Assembly: GCF_006345805.1 (NCBI RefSeq)
Contig: NC_042998.1
Location: 74,958,001 to 75,022,000 of the forward strand
DNA: 64,000 nt
Direction of reading: 5' to 3'
From: Octopus sinensis
Taxonomy: Eukaryota
Made by a program: the position numbers and the translations under genes
The notes under the pieces: generated by a model
Databases searched by the model: none
Told to the model about the DNA's origin: nothing
Seen by the model: only the letters and a program-made list of their open reading frames with translations
Shown: positions 26,125-39,619 of the stretch, one piece after another
Numbering within the stretch: position 1 is the first letter of the stretch
Layout: the number at the start of each line of letters is the position of its first letter

Positions 26125-26509
26125 ATTCTACTATAGGCAGAAGGTCTGAAATATGGGGAGGGGCCAGTCGATTAGATCGACTCCAGTAGGCAACGGGTAC
26201 TTAATTTATCGAATCCGAAAGTATGGGAGGCAAAGTCGATCTCCGCGGAGTTTGAATTCAGAACGTAGCGACAGACGAAATACCTATTTCTTTATCATCC
26301 CCAAGGAGCTAAACACAGAGAGGACAAACAAGGACAGACAAACGGATTAAGTTGATTACATCGATCCCAGTGCGTAACTGGTACTTATTTCATCGACCCC
26401 CGAAAGGATAAAGTCGACCTTGGCGGAATTTGAACTCAGAATGTAGCGGCAGACGAAATACCGCTAAGCATTTCCCCGGCGTGCTAACGATTCTGCCAGC
26501 TCGCCCCCT
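26125..26509 (-). mobile_element. Composite (dimeric) SINE family B
   Basis: Head GGCGAGCTGGCAGAATCGTTAG, B-box GAGTTCAAATTCC, two copies of the central block, junction GAAATACCTATTTC at 26277-26290. Confidence 0.85.
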
Positions 26510-26683
26510 CAATAATAATGGTCTTTTTCGCTAACTTCAATGATTTCTATTAAGCATGTATATCCCTATTAACCTCCATGCTGTACTAAATTACTCTTTC
26601 CAGGAATATGAAACTTGTGAAATTTTTCTAAAAACAACAAAGCCCACTCAGTGCATGTTCAACACAATCAACTCATTACTCTT

Positions 26684-27285
26684 TCAGAACGTAAAGACAG
26701 ACGAAATACCGCTAAAAATTTCGCCCTGTGTGCTAACGTTTCTGCCAGCTCGCCGCCTTATAATCAACTTATTATAAAGCAGCTGATGGAAGTTATATTC
26801 TGCAAAAGTAACTCTCAATACTGTTCCGCATCTTACACAATGCGTATTTTACTCAATCACAACCCAATGTTATAATTGTGTAGAGGACGAAGATGCTAAC
26901 TTTAAATACCTAGTTAATTTCTAGTTAAGTAATTTCTCTGCTAAAGAGAGAATTTCTCAAATGGTGTGATTTATTAGCATGAGAACAATCGTCTGGCGTT
27001 TGTATGACGTATTTGTAACGAAATTATTTTATACAGTACTAGAGCATTGCATACATTTAATAAATGAAAGAGAAACAATATTGATTACAAATTTTTGCAC
27101 AACGTCTGCAATTTCGGGTGAGTGGATAAGTTGATTACATTGACACACCGCAGTGTTCAACTAGTACTTATTTTATCGATCCCGAAAGGATGCAAGGCAA
27201 AGACGACCTCAGCGGAGTTTGGCCTCAGAACGGGAAGACGGACGAAATGCCGCTAAGCATTTTTCCCAGAGTGCTAACGATTCTG
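26684..27285 (-). mobile_element. Two further SINE family B pieces (26684-26759 and about 27120-27285)
   Basis: CAGAACG..GACGAAAT.CCGCTAA..TGCTAACG motif in both. Confidence 0.75.
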
Positions 27286-27589
27286 GGAGATTATTGTCTT
27301 GAAAAGAAAAATATTGAAATAAAAGGTGCATTTAATAGATCAGAATGCATCATCTACTTTCATACAACACATTGATGTATTTTCTTTAAAGAGTGAATTT
27401 AGTTTGTGAAGCAGTTGATGTATAAAGAAAATTGAGACAGGCAGTGTCTATGCGTTGCCAAGGTTACTTGTGAGAGGTCAAGTTAAACAAAAAAATGATG
27501 GTATGTAGATCTTTTAAAATAAGTTGCTCATTTCAATATTGGAAGAAAAAGTATGAATCTCCATTTTTCAATCTGTCTCTCTTCCCCCG

Positions 27590-27630
<41 letters not shown>

Positions 27631-27678
27631 CCCCTCGTTTCATTTCTCTATACAATGAGACAAGTGTACGCGCGCGCG

Positions 27679-27731
<53 letters not shown>

Positions 27732-28909
27732 GCTGATACATTCCAAGAAAAATGATAGCAGTATTATTTGTGTTTCTGTCTCTCAGTATGCAAAAATGAA
27801 TGTACACAAATAAACACATATTTCTCAACACGATCGTTCAAAATATTTAGATACATTAAAAAGCTACACTTTTTAAAATGATTTTTTCTTATTTCCATAG
27901 TCGCATCTAAAAATGTTAATTATGCGTTTTTAATGATCCCGCTAGGAAATGTATATTTGTGTACATATACACACATGCATAGTCAAACAAACAGATAATA
28001 TTGCTGGCATATTCGCGTACATCTTCCTGCGCGTATGTGTATATGTGTATCGTTATGCATACAAATGAAAACAGACACAGAGGGAGAGCGCGCACACACA
28101 CGAGAGAGAGAGAGAGAGAGCAACAGAGAGAACGAGTGAGAGAGATAGAAAGAGAAACGCAAACAGATTCAACAGTGTGGAGACGTGTGTCTATATACAT
28201 ACATATATACATACACAAGGAGAAAGAGAGAGAGGTGGGAAGTTCCAAACCAAACCGGAAATGTTCTTATAGACGAACAGATTTCGCAAAAATTATAATC
28301 ATTACCTTCTAAATTACCAAGCGATTTCCTGTTGCAATCCCTATTGTATTTATGGTGCACATTCACAGCTTGAAAGTGAGGATATGAGAGGCAACCATTA
28401 GTTACTTTAAGACAGCAAAAGTTCATTATATTGTGACAATTATAGCAGTACCTTTGCTAGCAATGATATTCGCTTTCACCCATTCGTCATACAAACGTAA
28501 TCAACAAATACATGTTTATTGCACCTACAGATTTGTTTCTTTTAATGATATCGAACATATCTAGCTCACCTTAAGATATTCCCTCTGTTAAAGCAGCCAG
28601 TCATAGTTCAGTACTATTGTATCTATTTCTTATACAGTTTAAGGGTTAACGGTTTGTATTTTCTCATTTTAACTGGCTTTATTTCTGTGACAGCCATATC
28701 AATAATCTATATATTCTATCGAGGATTAATTTATAAAATTGAATCGACTATTTTAGAAATAGTAGATTTATAGATATAATTTCCAGTGCTCCCTTTAATC
28801 TACCTGGTTTTACAATGCTGAATTTTTCCCATAAATCATTTTTACTTGAAAACATCAATACACTGTTATGCATTTTGACATATTCGGCTTCAATATTAAA
28901 CCACAAAAC

Positions 28910-29110
28910 AAGGCAGCGAGCTGGCAAAAACATTAGCACGCCGGGCGAACTGCTTAGCAGTATTTCGTCTGTCTTTAGTTTCTTAGTTCAAATTCCGCCG
29001 AGATTGACTTTGTCTTTCATCCTTTAGGGGTCGATAAATTAAGTACCAGTGGCGTGCTGGGGTCGATCTAATTGACTGTTCTTCCCCAAAATTTCGGGCT
29101 TTGTATCTGT
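28910..29110 (+). mobile_element. SINE family B, full length
   Basis: AAGGCAGCGAGCTGGCAAAAACATTAG A-box, GTTCAAATTCC B-box, central block CTTTCATCCTTTAGGGGTCGATAAATTAAGTACCAG. Confidence 0.9.
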
Positions 29111-31174
29111 GGAAAAGAATATTAAACCTCATTTGATGACCTAGTTTACTATTTTCTTGTTAAGCCTGCGCAAAGCTGCAATCATTTCCGAGTTCTCTCT
29201 AAAAAGAGATTTTCTTCTAACAACAACTACGCTTTCGATACTTTTCTCTCTTTTTTTTTTACGTTTATCAGAGAAGGTCAGTGATTTTGTATGTAGTAAG
29301 TTAATCAAAGTAGTACCAATGGCTTTGTATGTAGGAAACTAATGCAGATTAAGAGATATTGTCAATGTAATGTTTGAATCTCCAGGAATAAATAACATGT
29401 TTGTTTGTGCGCCTGGTGATTACATTACTTTTAATAAACCAGTTACCTTTCTTTAGTATTCAGTGAAGATGTTTGCATGTATACCAGTCGGTTTGTCGCA
29501 GATTTTGAAAACAAAACTCACACACAAAATACCAAAACATAACCTCATACCGACACATTTACATAGATGCATTATACAACATATTTATCAAACGCATATC
29601 CATGCCAATAATAACAAGTGCAGAAAATAGAGCACGTAAAGTGTTTAATTAATATGGGTTCATCAATAAGGTGGGTTACAAGATATTAAGTGGGTTACTA
29701 CGAGAGATTAATTAATAAAGTTGATTACTACCATAGATGCATCAATAAGCTGAATTACTACATCAAATAAATTAATCTCCTAATACATAATCTAATAAAA
29801 GCGGTTATAGCCTCCGATAAATAATGTAGGTTACTACGACAAGCCAAGGAGTCAAGCAGTAAAATACATGTAAATTTAGGTAAGAAAATCAGCATTATAA
29901 CGTTGTATTGGCCCGGGAGAATTTAAATCAATTTAAATTCTGAATATCCTCTAAATTTTCGAATGATATTGTTTCACCAAAACTTTCTATTATTTTACCT
30001 TCTTTTATCGCTAGATTCTTAGCAGTGGCGTATAAGTTGTTTTAGTTAATTATTTTCAGTCTCAATGAAACATTGCAATATATTTCCTGGAAATTGCATT
30101 TACTTATTATATATACTTCTCTTTCATTTCTTCTTCTCATTATTATTATCATCATCACTTATCTTGTGTCACTACATTTTTGTTTTTCGTCTTCATCGTC
30201 GTTGTCGTCATCATCATCATCTCCACCACCACCATCATCATCATCATTATCATTATCATCATCATAATCATCATCAGCATCACCATCATCATTGTGAGAA
30301 TAATGACTGTTATGTATTATAACGCTTTTACCTAATTATCAATTTGTTAACATAACGTCTGGATATTCCCATCAAGATAGACACAAAATATATGAATAAA
30401 AACAAAGTTTTTCTGATAATGTTAATAGTATATTTATTCACACAAATACATTATGTTATATTTATACTAAGATTGAAAATCATAGATATGATAAATAGAA
30501 TGAAACTGAATTGAATATTGCAGTTTCATCCGACTTAATTGAGTTAGAATAATAAATTGTGTGGCTTTCTTAATATCTTTACATTTAGCCTTTCACACAT
30601 CACAATATTTTCTTTATACATTTCTCCATTTCATTATTGATTTGTTAGCCAAATAAGAAAAAGAAAAGAAAAGTCTTCCATTATTGGAATAAAAAAAAGT
30701 AAAGAAACAAATTTCTTCTCTAAATTTATCTAAAGATGGTCCAAGTGAAGCGATCTATTCGTATGTGCCGATAGACAGGAAATGGCAGCATGTAAATTTC
30801 GCATCCAGGACAATCAAAGAGAACGGTGTCTTACAAATAGGATGATGGACACAGATTTAGAGTACTGAAAATCTTCTTAGCTCAGTGATTAGATCACTTA
30901 GTTTACTAGTTTTTCGGCCCATTCCTGCTCAGCTATATATAATTTTGTCGACAATTAATATCATGAATTTTGGCTTTTTTTTGTTTAATTTGGTCATGAA
31001 ACTGAAAACCATAGTGATATGGTATTGCTATTAAGACTTATTATGAACTTTCTGAAGCTGTTTTTAATTTAGAGAAGTTTCATATTTTCATTTTCTAAGG
31101 CACGTAAAATATCATATGAGTAAGAGAGGGAGTTTTCGCAACTAAATTTGAGAAGCTTATTTTCTAGGTAAACC

Positions 31175-31460
31175 TTGTGGCTTTGAACTGGTTGATCACC
31201 ATCTCTATTCTCATCATTTGTTCCCCAAACTTTTTTTTAAATTGGTTGGGAACCAGTATCGCATTGAGGATGACGTCATATCTATTGTTGATGGCATTTT
31301 TTGACCAACATGATGAAAGGCTCTTCACCAATGGGATCCAAGAACTCCAACACCAATAGAACTACGTGGACCATAAGAACTATGTTGAAAATAGCCTCAT
31401 TTAGTCACGTTCCACAAGAGTAACTTGTTCAGCCTATGGACTTTTCTGTCGACCCTCACA
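31175..31460 (+). mobile_element. Mariner 3' end (transposase C-terminus plus TIR remnant)
   Basis: CGFELVDHHLYS, QYRIEDDVIS, FDQHDERLFTNGIQELQH, YVE; ends ...CTGTCGACCCTC. Confidence 0.7.
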
Positions 31461-32624
31461 TATCAGTTAATGACAAATATTTATGCTTTCATGGTTTCCT
31501 ACGAGAGAGAACTTCAGACTTTCTTTTTAAGAAAGCATGGCTTCACCGTGATTGCTTCAAACATCAGCAATCATTTCACTATGTAAGTACATTAAATAGT
31601 ACGAACTTTTTACTGGAAGTCAGAGAAATATTAAGAAACCATCAAATATATAATTTAGTATACTTATACGCTAACACATGTTTTCATTTTCACAGCTGTT
31701 TAATTATTAGGTTTGATGACTTTTCATAGATGTAATACATACCTTGTATAATGTGTTTATGTTGCATATTTATGATGTCGGATTATTTTCAAAGAGGGAG
31801 GTGCTGATAGATGTAACAGTAAAGTAGTTATTATGTATTTTTCTGTGAATGCCATATAAAATATAAACATAGACACAACTAACTTCGCAGAAAAGAGCAG
31901 AAAATGATTAATATACTGCTTATCTCTCTTTCACAAATAACTATGTAATGATAGATTAGTTTATTTTATCTTTTTCTTACAAACATATTCAAAAAATTTA
32001 CTTCATTATTATCAGTAGAACTATTACATTATTTTAAATAACACGTCACTAATCTTGAGTAACCATGGAAACAACTGCGTAAACATATTTGTAGAGTATT
32101 GCTAAGTTAATTAAATTGTAGTCATTGTTGCTTTTAAAAATAAATCACAATTGTAAAATAGATTTTCATCTCGCTTTCTAAATAGTTTCCAAGTTAGAAA
32201 ATTTAAAAAGAATGTTTTGCAGATTTTACTACTTTTCCATATATTTGCATTATAATTTGTTCATTGTTGCAACGGTTTTTGATTTATTGAACAAGAACTT
32301 CCTTTTATAGGCAAGGTAGTGTAGTACTTTGATGTTATTCATTATATCCAGCACATTTCTCCTACCCTTTGTAGCACCAGGTCACCTAATGAATCTTGGT
32401 TACATTTTTTTAACTCCAGCGAGATTTGAAATCAGAGTCCAGAGAGACTTAACAGATATTACAAGGTACTTCATTTGATCTCTAACAGTTCTAAGTACTC
32501 ATTTGACAAGGTGCATTATGGTCGTGTATTTATATGTTTCTTTACTACTTCCTTCCTCCTCCATCTGTGATTCTTGTAAATTTCAATAACAATCTGCCCC
32601 TCTACAGAATAAGACTGTCATTTG

Positions 32625-32658
<34 letters not shown>

Positions 32659-32789
32659 TACATACATACATACATATATGTATATAAGGGATATATATAT
32701 ATATATAATAAATTTTTTAGAGAAACAATTTTCTCTAGATACAGGACACATCGAAGTGCTCAGTATATTTGAGCCATAGGAAAATAGCA

Positions 32790-33183
32790 AAATCAGTGAT
32801 GAGAGACAAGAGATAGGTTACTAAAATACATTCTGTTGTAAAATTAGTATGTGCACAAACTCATGCAATAGATATATAAATATATAAATACACTTAAAAT
32901 ATATTAAAAATACATAAAAAAATATATATATATATATATATATATATGCTAAGATTATATTAAAAATATACAAATAAATAGTCCTACTTACAACAAGAAC
33001 GATACTCAAATTATATACACAGAATAAGTGGAGTGTAAAAAATACATATAGAGGTTCATAATTCGTTCTATTGTAAGTAGGACTATATATTTGTATAATC
33101 TTAATATGTTCTTAGCATATTTATATTTTTATCTATATAATTTTAATGTATTTTAAATATATTTTTAAGTGCATATATATATA

Positions 33184-33229
<46 letters not shown>

Positions 33230-33310
33230 TTCATGATTTTGTGCACATAATAATTTCACAACAGAATATATTTTAGTAACCTATCTTTTGTCTGTGATCA
33301 TTATTTTACC
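32790..33310. repeat. About 520-bp foldback palindrome with TA tracts in its arms
   Basis: GGTTACTAAAATACATTCTGTTGT.. (32817) mirrors ..ACAACAGAATATATTTTAGTAACC (33281); inner arms GCTAAG..TAGTCCTACTTACAA..GAACGA mirror TCGTTC..TTGTAAGTAGGACTA..CTTAGC; loop about 60 bp. Confidence 0.8.
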
Positions 33311-33334
33311 TATATACATATAGGTTTCTCTCCT

Positions 33335-33470
33335 TGTTTTTTCTGTGTCCCTTTCTGTAGACTCGAAACTTAAAAGACTGTTTCTATTCCTGAGCGTTAT
33401 ACTAATACTTCTGTTTGTTTTGTACACCACTTGTCTTCGTCTTTTGTTTTTTCGTAAACTCTCCCTATAT
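33335..33470 (+). mobile_element. Decayed PLE pseudo-LTR related to 9855-10056, with collapsed hammerhead remnant
   Basis: CTTT-CTGTAGACTC-GAAACTT-A-AAAG followed by TTCCTGAGCGT, as in the reverse complement of the 9855 and 12700 copies. Confidence 0.45.
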
Positions 33471-34299
33471 ATATATATATATATATATATACAAACAACA
33501 GTACAAATAAATATATATACATACACACAAGCACATATATATTTGTATATACGTGTATGTATGTATGTATGTCTTGTGTGTATGTACGTATGTACAAGTG
33601 GACAGTAAAATATCGTGCAAATAGAATGTCAGTTAAAACCTGATTAGTAAAAGTAAAAAGATAGAGCAAAGGGAAATACTCTTATTTGAAAACTATCCTT
33701 TAGTAAGCAAATATAACAGCTATCATCGATTAACTAGTACTGCCTTGAATTGTGAATATGGAATATCTGACAACGTTGCTGCAGGATCAGCAGTCCCCCA
33801 CTACTCATGGAAAAGAGTAGAAAAAATAGTCGAACAACTACGTCAGATTTTGGTATATACGACAAAAGAAATAGCGTATCACCGAGGTATACCTTCCAAA
33901 TATATATCTACTCATGACGTTAAAATTGAAATGTAATTGTGATATTTTATTTGTAATACCAACGTCTCCCGGTCGATTCGTGATAACACATTCTTCTTCG
34001 GTTAATCCTCGTAACTTGTGTCCCCATCAGAATTTCACAAGATTATTAACAAACATATGTAACTGATGCTAATAACAGGATCATTTCTCCTTCTGTTGAT
34101 ACTAAGATGTTAGATCTGTTGATTTACCATACATCTTATCCTTCCCCATTACCAAAATAAGATCTATTCCATCTCAATCACAGATTTTTTTATCAATTTT
34201 ATTTTTAATCTAAACAGTTCGAAACTTCGAATACTGGTAGAATTTCTTATATAGAACACGGTTTACTCTGAAAGTTTTTGACAAAAGTTTGTAGTTTAG

Positions 34300-34810
34300 A
34301 AGTTATTTCGTGTTAAAGTTGTCGTATTTGGGAAATTTCAACCAATCAGTATCGTGTATTCGGTTGAGGGAAGCTACTGCTGTTTACGATTGTAATCGAA
34401 GAGGAACAACTAAATGTCACCACTCTGTTTCGAGAAATCAACACTATCAAAGAACCAACGCCAAGAAGGAAGAAATATTTTTTACATATATTTATTTGTT
34501 CGACCGACATCGGAGTTTTATCCACGCGTAAAGGGCGCCAATATTTAAGACCAATGTTTAAATATTGTTTGATAAATTTGTTCGTAAATTTTTTACCGGC
34601 AACCTCTCTGTCGCCGGGTATGATTTGCGTCTGCGCAGAGTTTTGTAAAGTTAGGATTTACAAACCGTTAAATCTACATGTGGACCCAATAGTGTGTGCA
34701 TCAGGATTATTAAGGCTGTCCCACTGAAGAAACTTGCTTCCGGCAAATATATTTTTTTGCTGGAAATAGTTAGAAACCGTCGGTCTGGGATATAGTTGAG
34801 ATGGTAAATG
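34300..34810 (+). promoter_or_regulatory. Candidate promoter/first-exon island
   Basis: CpG-enriched non-repetitive segment; CCAAT at 34342, 34538, 34551; TGCGCA at 34632; TTCCGG at 34738; ATG|GTAAAT donor-like site at 34801-34809. Confidence 0.3.
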
Positions 34811-34891
34811 TTTTTGATTTTCATTCCTTTCATGAATTTATCCCTTTTTGTGTTCTAGCACAACGCTTCTCTATTTCGAAACCTCTTATTG

Positions 34892-35038
<147 letters not shown>

Positions 35039-35296
35039 AAGTATGTATGTATGTATGTACGTATGTATGTACATAATTGTGCGTATATACAGATATATGC
35101 ATGTATATATATATATATATATATGTAATGTATGTATATACATACATACATATATACATATATATGCATATGCATATATATATACACACGCATACATATA
35201 TATACATGTATATTCATATGTATACATATATGTATATACATACATTTATACATACATTCATACATACATACACAAACACACGCACACACGCACACT

Positions 35297-35327
<31 letters not shown>

Positions 35328-35361
35328 TTGTATTTGGGGATGGTCATGTTGCCAGTTTAGC

Positions 35362-36350
35362 CAATGAAAACACGCGCACTATATATTTGGAGTTCACGTG
35401 CTTCAGCTTTATTTTATATTAATTGTAATTCGACTAGAGCTCTTTCGTCGCACTTCTGTGACTTCATCACAGGTCCTTTGCTTTCTTCTTTCTTTTTTGT
35501 GTGTCTCCTTACTAACGATCTGTCATTTTGCATTCTTTTTTATGTGTCTTTATTTCTGCATGCGTATATCCCTGTGTATATTTGTTTAGTAAATGTAAGT
35601 GTGTGAGAATGTGTTTGGTGCCTGCATTATCAGTATCCTCTGTTTATACATGTTCGTTCAATTTACTTTTAATTATTTCATTCATTTCTTTATATCTACT
35701 TATTTTCTTTTCCTTTTCTTTCTTTTTTGTTTTAATTTAATTTAATTTATTTTGTTTATGTATATAGTTATTTAATTCCATTTATTTATCTGTGCATCGT
35801 ATTATAATCAGTTTATGGGGATCTTACTCCGTCTTAGGTTGCGGTTTGTGTGTGGTGGGGTGTTAGTGTTCCATTCTAGTTTTCTATTCAGGCTAGGTTT
35901 ATCTCCTATTATGTGTGTAGCTTCTTTAATTTGTCTAAGCGTTGCGTCTTTTCTATGTGTGGACAAGATTTTAACTTCTATGTTGTTGAGTGAGCCCCCG
36001 TACTCCTCCTCAGCTTGCTGGTATAGAACCGATAAGCTCTTCTCTTCCTTAAGTTCCCTCCAATGTCCGTTTACCCGCTCTCCTATGCTCCGTGCTGTCT
36101 CCTCTACGTAGTCGTTGTCTCGTTACTGCACCGTCCCTCTGTACATCTTATACTATAGACTATATTGCTAGCTTTACAGTTTGTTTGTGGGGTAAATCTG
36201 CATACAATACAGTACAGAGGGTTCTACTGATAAGGGATTCGATAGGGTTACCTAGCATTTCTACAAACTTAATTCTTAGCTTGTGTTTATCTAGTGCCCT
36301 TCTAAAGCGGTAATTCAGTTCGCCTCTGAGGGTGATGTCGACGAACATAA
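35362..36350 (-). mobile_element. PLE 3' part: GIY-YIG endonuclease remnant, 3' UTR and pseudo-LTR
   Basis: CKASNIVYSIRCTEGRC..YVEETARSIGERVNGH..DATLRQIKEATHI..PSLNRKLEW; homologous to 46130-46660. Confidence 0.85.
35432..35475 (-). ncRNA. Type I hammerhead ribozyme motif in PLE pseudo-LTR
   Basis: GACCU-GUGAUGA-A-GUCAC AGAA GU(GC)GAC-GAA-AGAGCUCU-A-GUC: palindromic stem III; C3 changed to G. Confidence 0.55.
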
Positions 36351-36677
36351 CATTCTGGTATGTGTGGCTATCATACCATGAGTTGGCCTTCTCTATTTTC
36401 TTCTTAGTCCTTTCAATATATATATATATATATGCATATGAATGTTTCTACATGAATAGATATTGTAATAGTTAACTTTAAGTGGTTTTACTACAATTGT
36501 GGTGTCAGATATTTTAGTAATTTTATTGTTAGTGACTTCGAAGATAGTAGGCTTTATCTAAATCCAACCTATATTTTCAGTACCAGCATGGCTTTGTCCC
36601 ATCTTATTTTAAATCAGTTGAAATACCGAGTTAGATAAATGGTACAAGCAGAATATCTTTTCTTGTCAGCTGCTACC

Positions 36678-36721
<44 letters not shown>

Positions 36722-36735
36722 TCATATATATATAT

Positions 36736-36779
<44 letters not shown>

Positions 36780-38255
36780 ATATATATTGATAGATAGATA
36801 GATAGATAGATATATTGATTGATTGATTGATTGATAGATTCATATATACATAGAGATAGAGAGAGGGAAGGAGTGAAGGAAAGATAGATTGAGTGGATGA
36901 GAGAGAGAGAGAGAGAATGAAAGAATTACTTGTATTTATTTGTTTGTATGTTGATTCAATTACTAAATTAAATTTTGGAAGGTAGTAATTTGCTGAATTT
37001 TAAGTTTTATGTTGTCTTTTATTCTCATACATTGTTTCTAATTATAGTTTCAAAACCTCTGCATATTCGTTAATTCTAAGTAGATAGCAAATCAAAATGA
37101 ATTCTAAAATTCCGCTGCAATGAATTAATTAAAAACACAACGTGTGCAACAGACTTCAAAATGGCAGCAAGATAAAAGATACGTTCTATTCTAACATTGC
37201 TGCAGCTCGGAGCAAATCCTCTGTTTGATGTACAAACATTTTCAGTAATTACTTTAGTAGAAAATGTCGAAAACTAGCAATAAAACATTACTAAACCGAC
37301 CTCAGTTCTTTAAATATTTTAAACCACAATTAATTCTGGCCAACAGCATATTTACTGAATTTTTAATCATATCTCTTTGATTTTCTGTTGCTACACATTA
37401 TATTTGATTAAATTTCTTCTTAGTACTACTTTTAACGTGTAAATTTCGCCTACGGCATACCTTACCCATGTGATAGAAACTGTACAGATGGTATCCAGCG
37501 GATAAAATGTATGTTGTCTTGGGTAGCAGCTGTAATCCGTTTATCAGTTGGAGACTACTTGCGCTACTATTCCTCGGTTGTCTTTAAGAGAGTCTATTCT
37601 GTAAAAAATATTAGGCCACGTCTTTGAGCTGGGGATAGTTTTCACCTACAATTTCTTGGTGAAAATCAAGGATACTACTTTTCTACGCCTGAACATGTCG
37701 GTCTTCGTATATGAAGAGATAATATGAGTGTGAATATGTTTGTCTGTTTGTAAGAATATACTTACTTTGTGTTGTATTTTATATGAATGTGAGGTAAGCA
37801 GTACGAGGATTTGTTTTCAGTAAATATTTAGTTTAACCTCTTTGTGTGAGTTGAAGCACATATTTTTGTATCTGTCGCTAGAAAAAGAGATCGAACGGAC
37901 TTGATTCATAGCTTAACACTTCATCAGAAATTCTCTAATATCTTAACCTCAAAGAATATATTAGCACAAATTATAGCTTATTCAATTTTTATTGTGAAAT
38001 ATTTTTTAATTATTGATTAGTTTTTCGTTATGCCACAGTGCTCTTTCCAGTGACTTCCCGCTCACCGACTGAATTTTTTCTTCTGTGTTTGTAATATTCT
38101 CAAGTATATGCATGTATGTTGTATTTTTATTGCTTGATTTTCAATGTCGGATTTTTATGTGGCTGAGGTCTATGAATGTACTTGTATGTGTGTCTCTGTA
38201 TGTGAGTCTGAGTTAGTGAGTGTGTATTTGTATATGTATTTCTTTCCGTGTGTGT

Positions 38256-38301
<46 letters not shown>

Positions 38302-39249
38302 AAGAGAGTGAGTGCACGCGCGCATGTATGCATGTGTGTGTGATTGTTGATAGTTCTGTGATTGTTGTTGTTCCAGTTATCCTTTCTTTGAAAGAAGTGA
38401 TGGTTTTCAGATTCCGCTTCCAACATACGTATCACTTCTGTAATCCGCTGGAACGTCTGATCTTTTGGATGTATGAAAAGAATATTTATTTCAAGATTGC
38501 TTATTGATCCATGTTAATATATGATATTTTGCTAGAGTATAGATGTCTGTTTCCTTTTATTATATTCATGCAACTTTCCCTTTCCTTTCATCTATACAAC
38601 AGTAGCCATATCTTTCATATAAGCTGTAGTATTCTTTCACTGCCCAATCATTTACCTTATGTGGTACACCACATCCATAATTTTACAGTTCATCTGTGGC
38701 ATGGGTGTGCACACTTTCTAGTTTTTACCAGTATCTGGGGTTTACCTACATGAAATAATTGAAAAAATATTGGCAGGTACATTAATTTACTACTATGTAG
38801 GTCATATCTATTTAAGAAACCTTCATGTAATTTAACACCTGCAGATTGTGCTCAATCAACATAGATATAAAATACAACACAATCGATGAATTGTACCACA
38901 AAGGTTGCATTAAAGAGTAACTCGAAGACCACCAGGATACGTGATAGGAACGCAGAGTACTGATATGAATATTACAAGAAAAATAGGACACAAACTACAT
39001 GTATCTTTTCAAACACAACATGAATAACACTTCTAATTGCTTGACTAATTTAATTTTCCTGTTGTCTGTTAGTCAGGGAGTAACAAAATAGTCAAGATAA
39101 TAATTTGAGTGTCTGAAGAGGTATTTACGTGTGCTTAACTTTTGCCCAGCGAAGGCATAAAAACTGTAGTTTAGCTACATTATTCATACACACATGCATA
39201 CATAATACATATATACATACATACACACATACATACATACATACATACA

Positions 39250-39285
<36 letters not shown>

Positions 39286-39460
39286 TATTATATATATATA
39301 TTATATATATATATAATATATATATATATATTATATATATATATGCAAATATGGTTACGGGAGGTCACCAACAACAAACAGCATAAAATTCGAAAACAAA
39401 TGAGTTAGATACGCAGACAACGAGAGTGAATAATGGAAAACAGGATAAGGTGTATATATG

Positions 39461-39524
<64 letters not shown>

Positions 39525-39569
39525 TATGTATGTATATATATATGTATATATATGTATGTATATATATGT

Positions 39570-39619
<50 letters not shown>

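Noticed and set aside
29650-29840. CRISPR-like repeat-spacer pattern
   Set aside because: Repeats are degenerate, spacers are uneven, there are no cas genes and the context is eukaryotic.
30735-30845. Short open frame DGPSEAIYSYVPIDRKWQHVNFAS
   Set aside because: Weak donor, no recognisable homology.
33745-34180. Unique-looking ORF and cadherin-like DRE fragment
   Set aside because: Multiple stops and no coherent cadherin signature.
37466-37530. Minus-strand CYPRQHTFYPLDTIC resembling a Cys-loop
   Set aside because: The P/D register is shifted by one, two stops precede it in frame and the acceptor is weak; likely chance.
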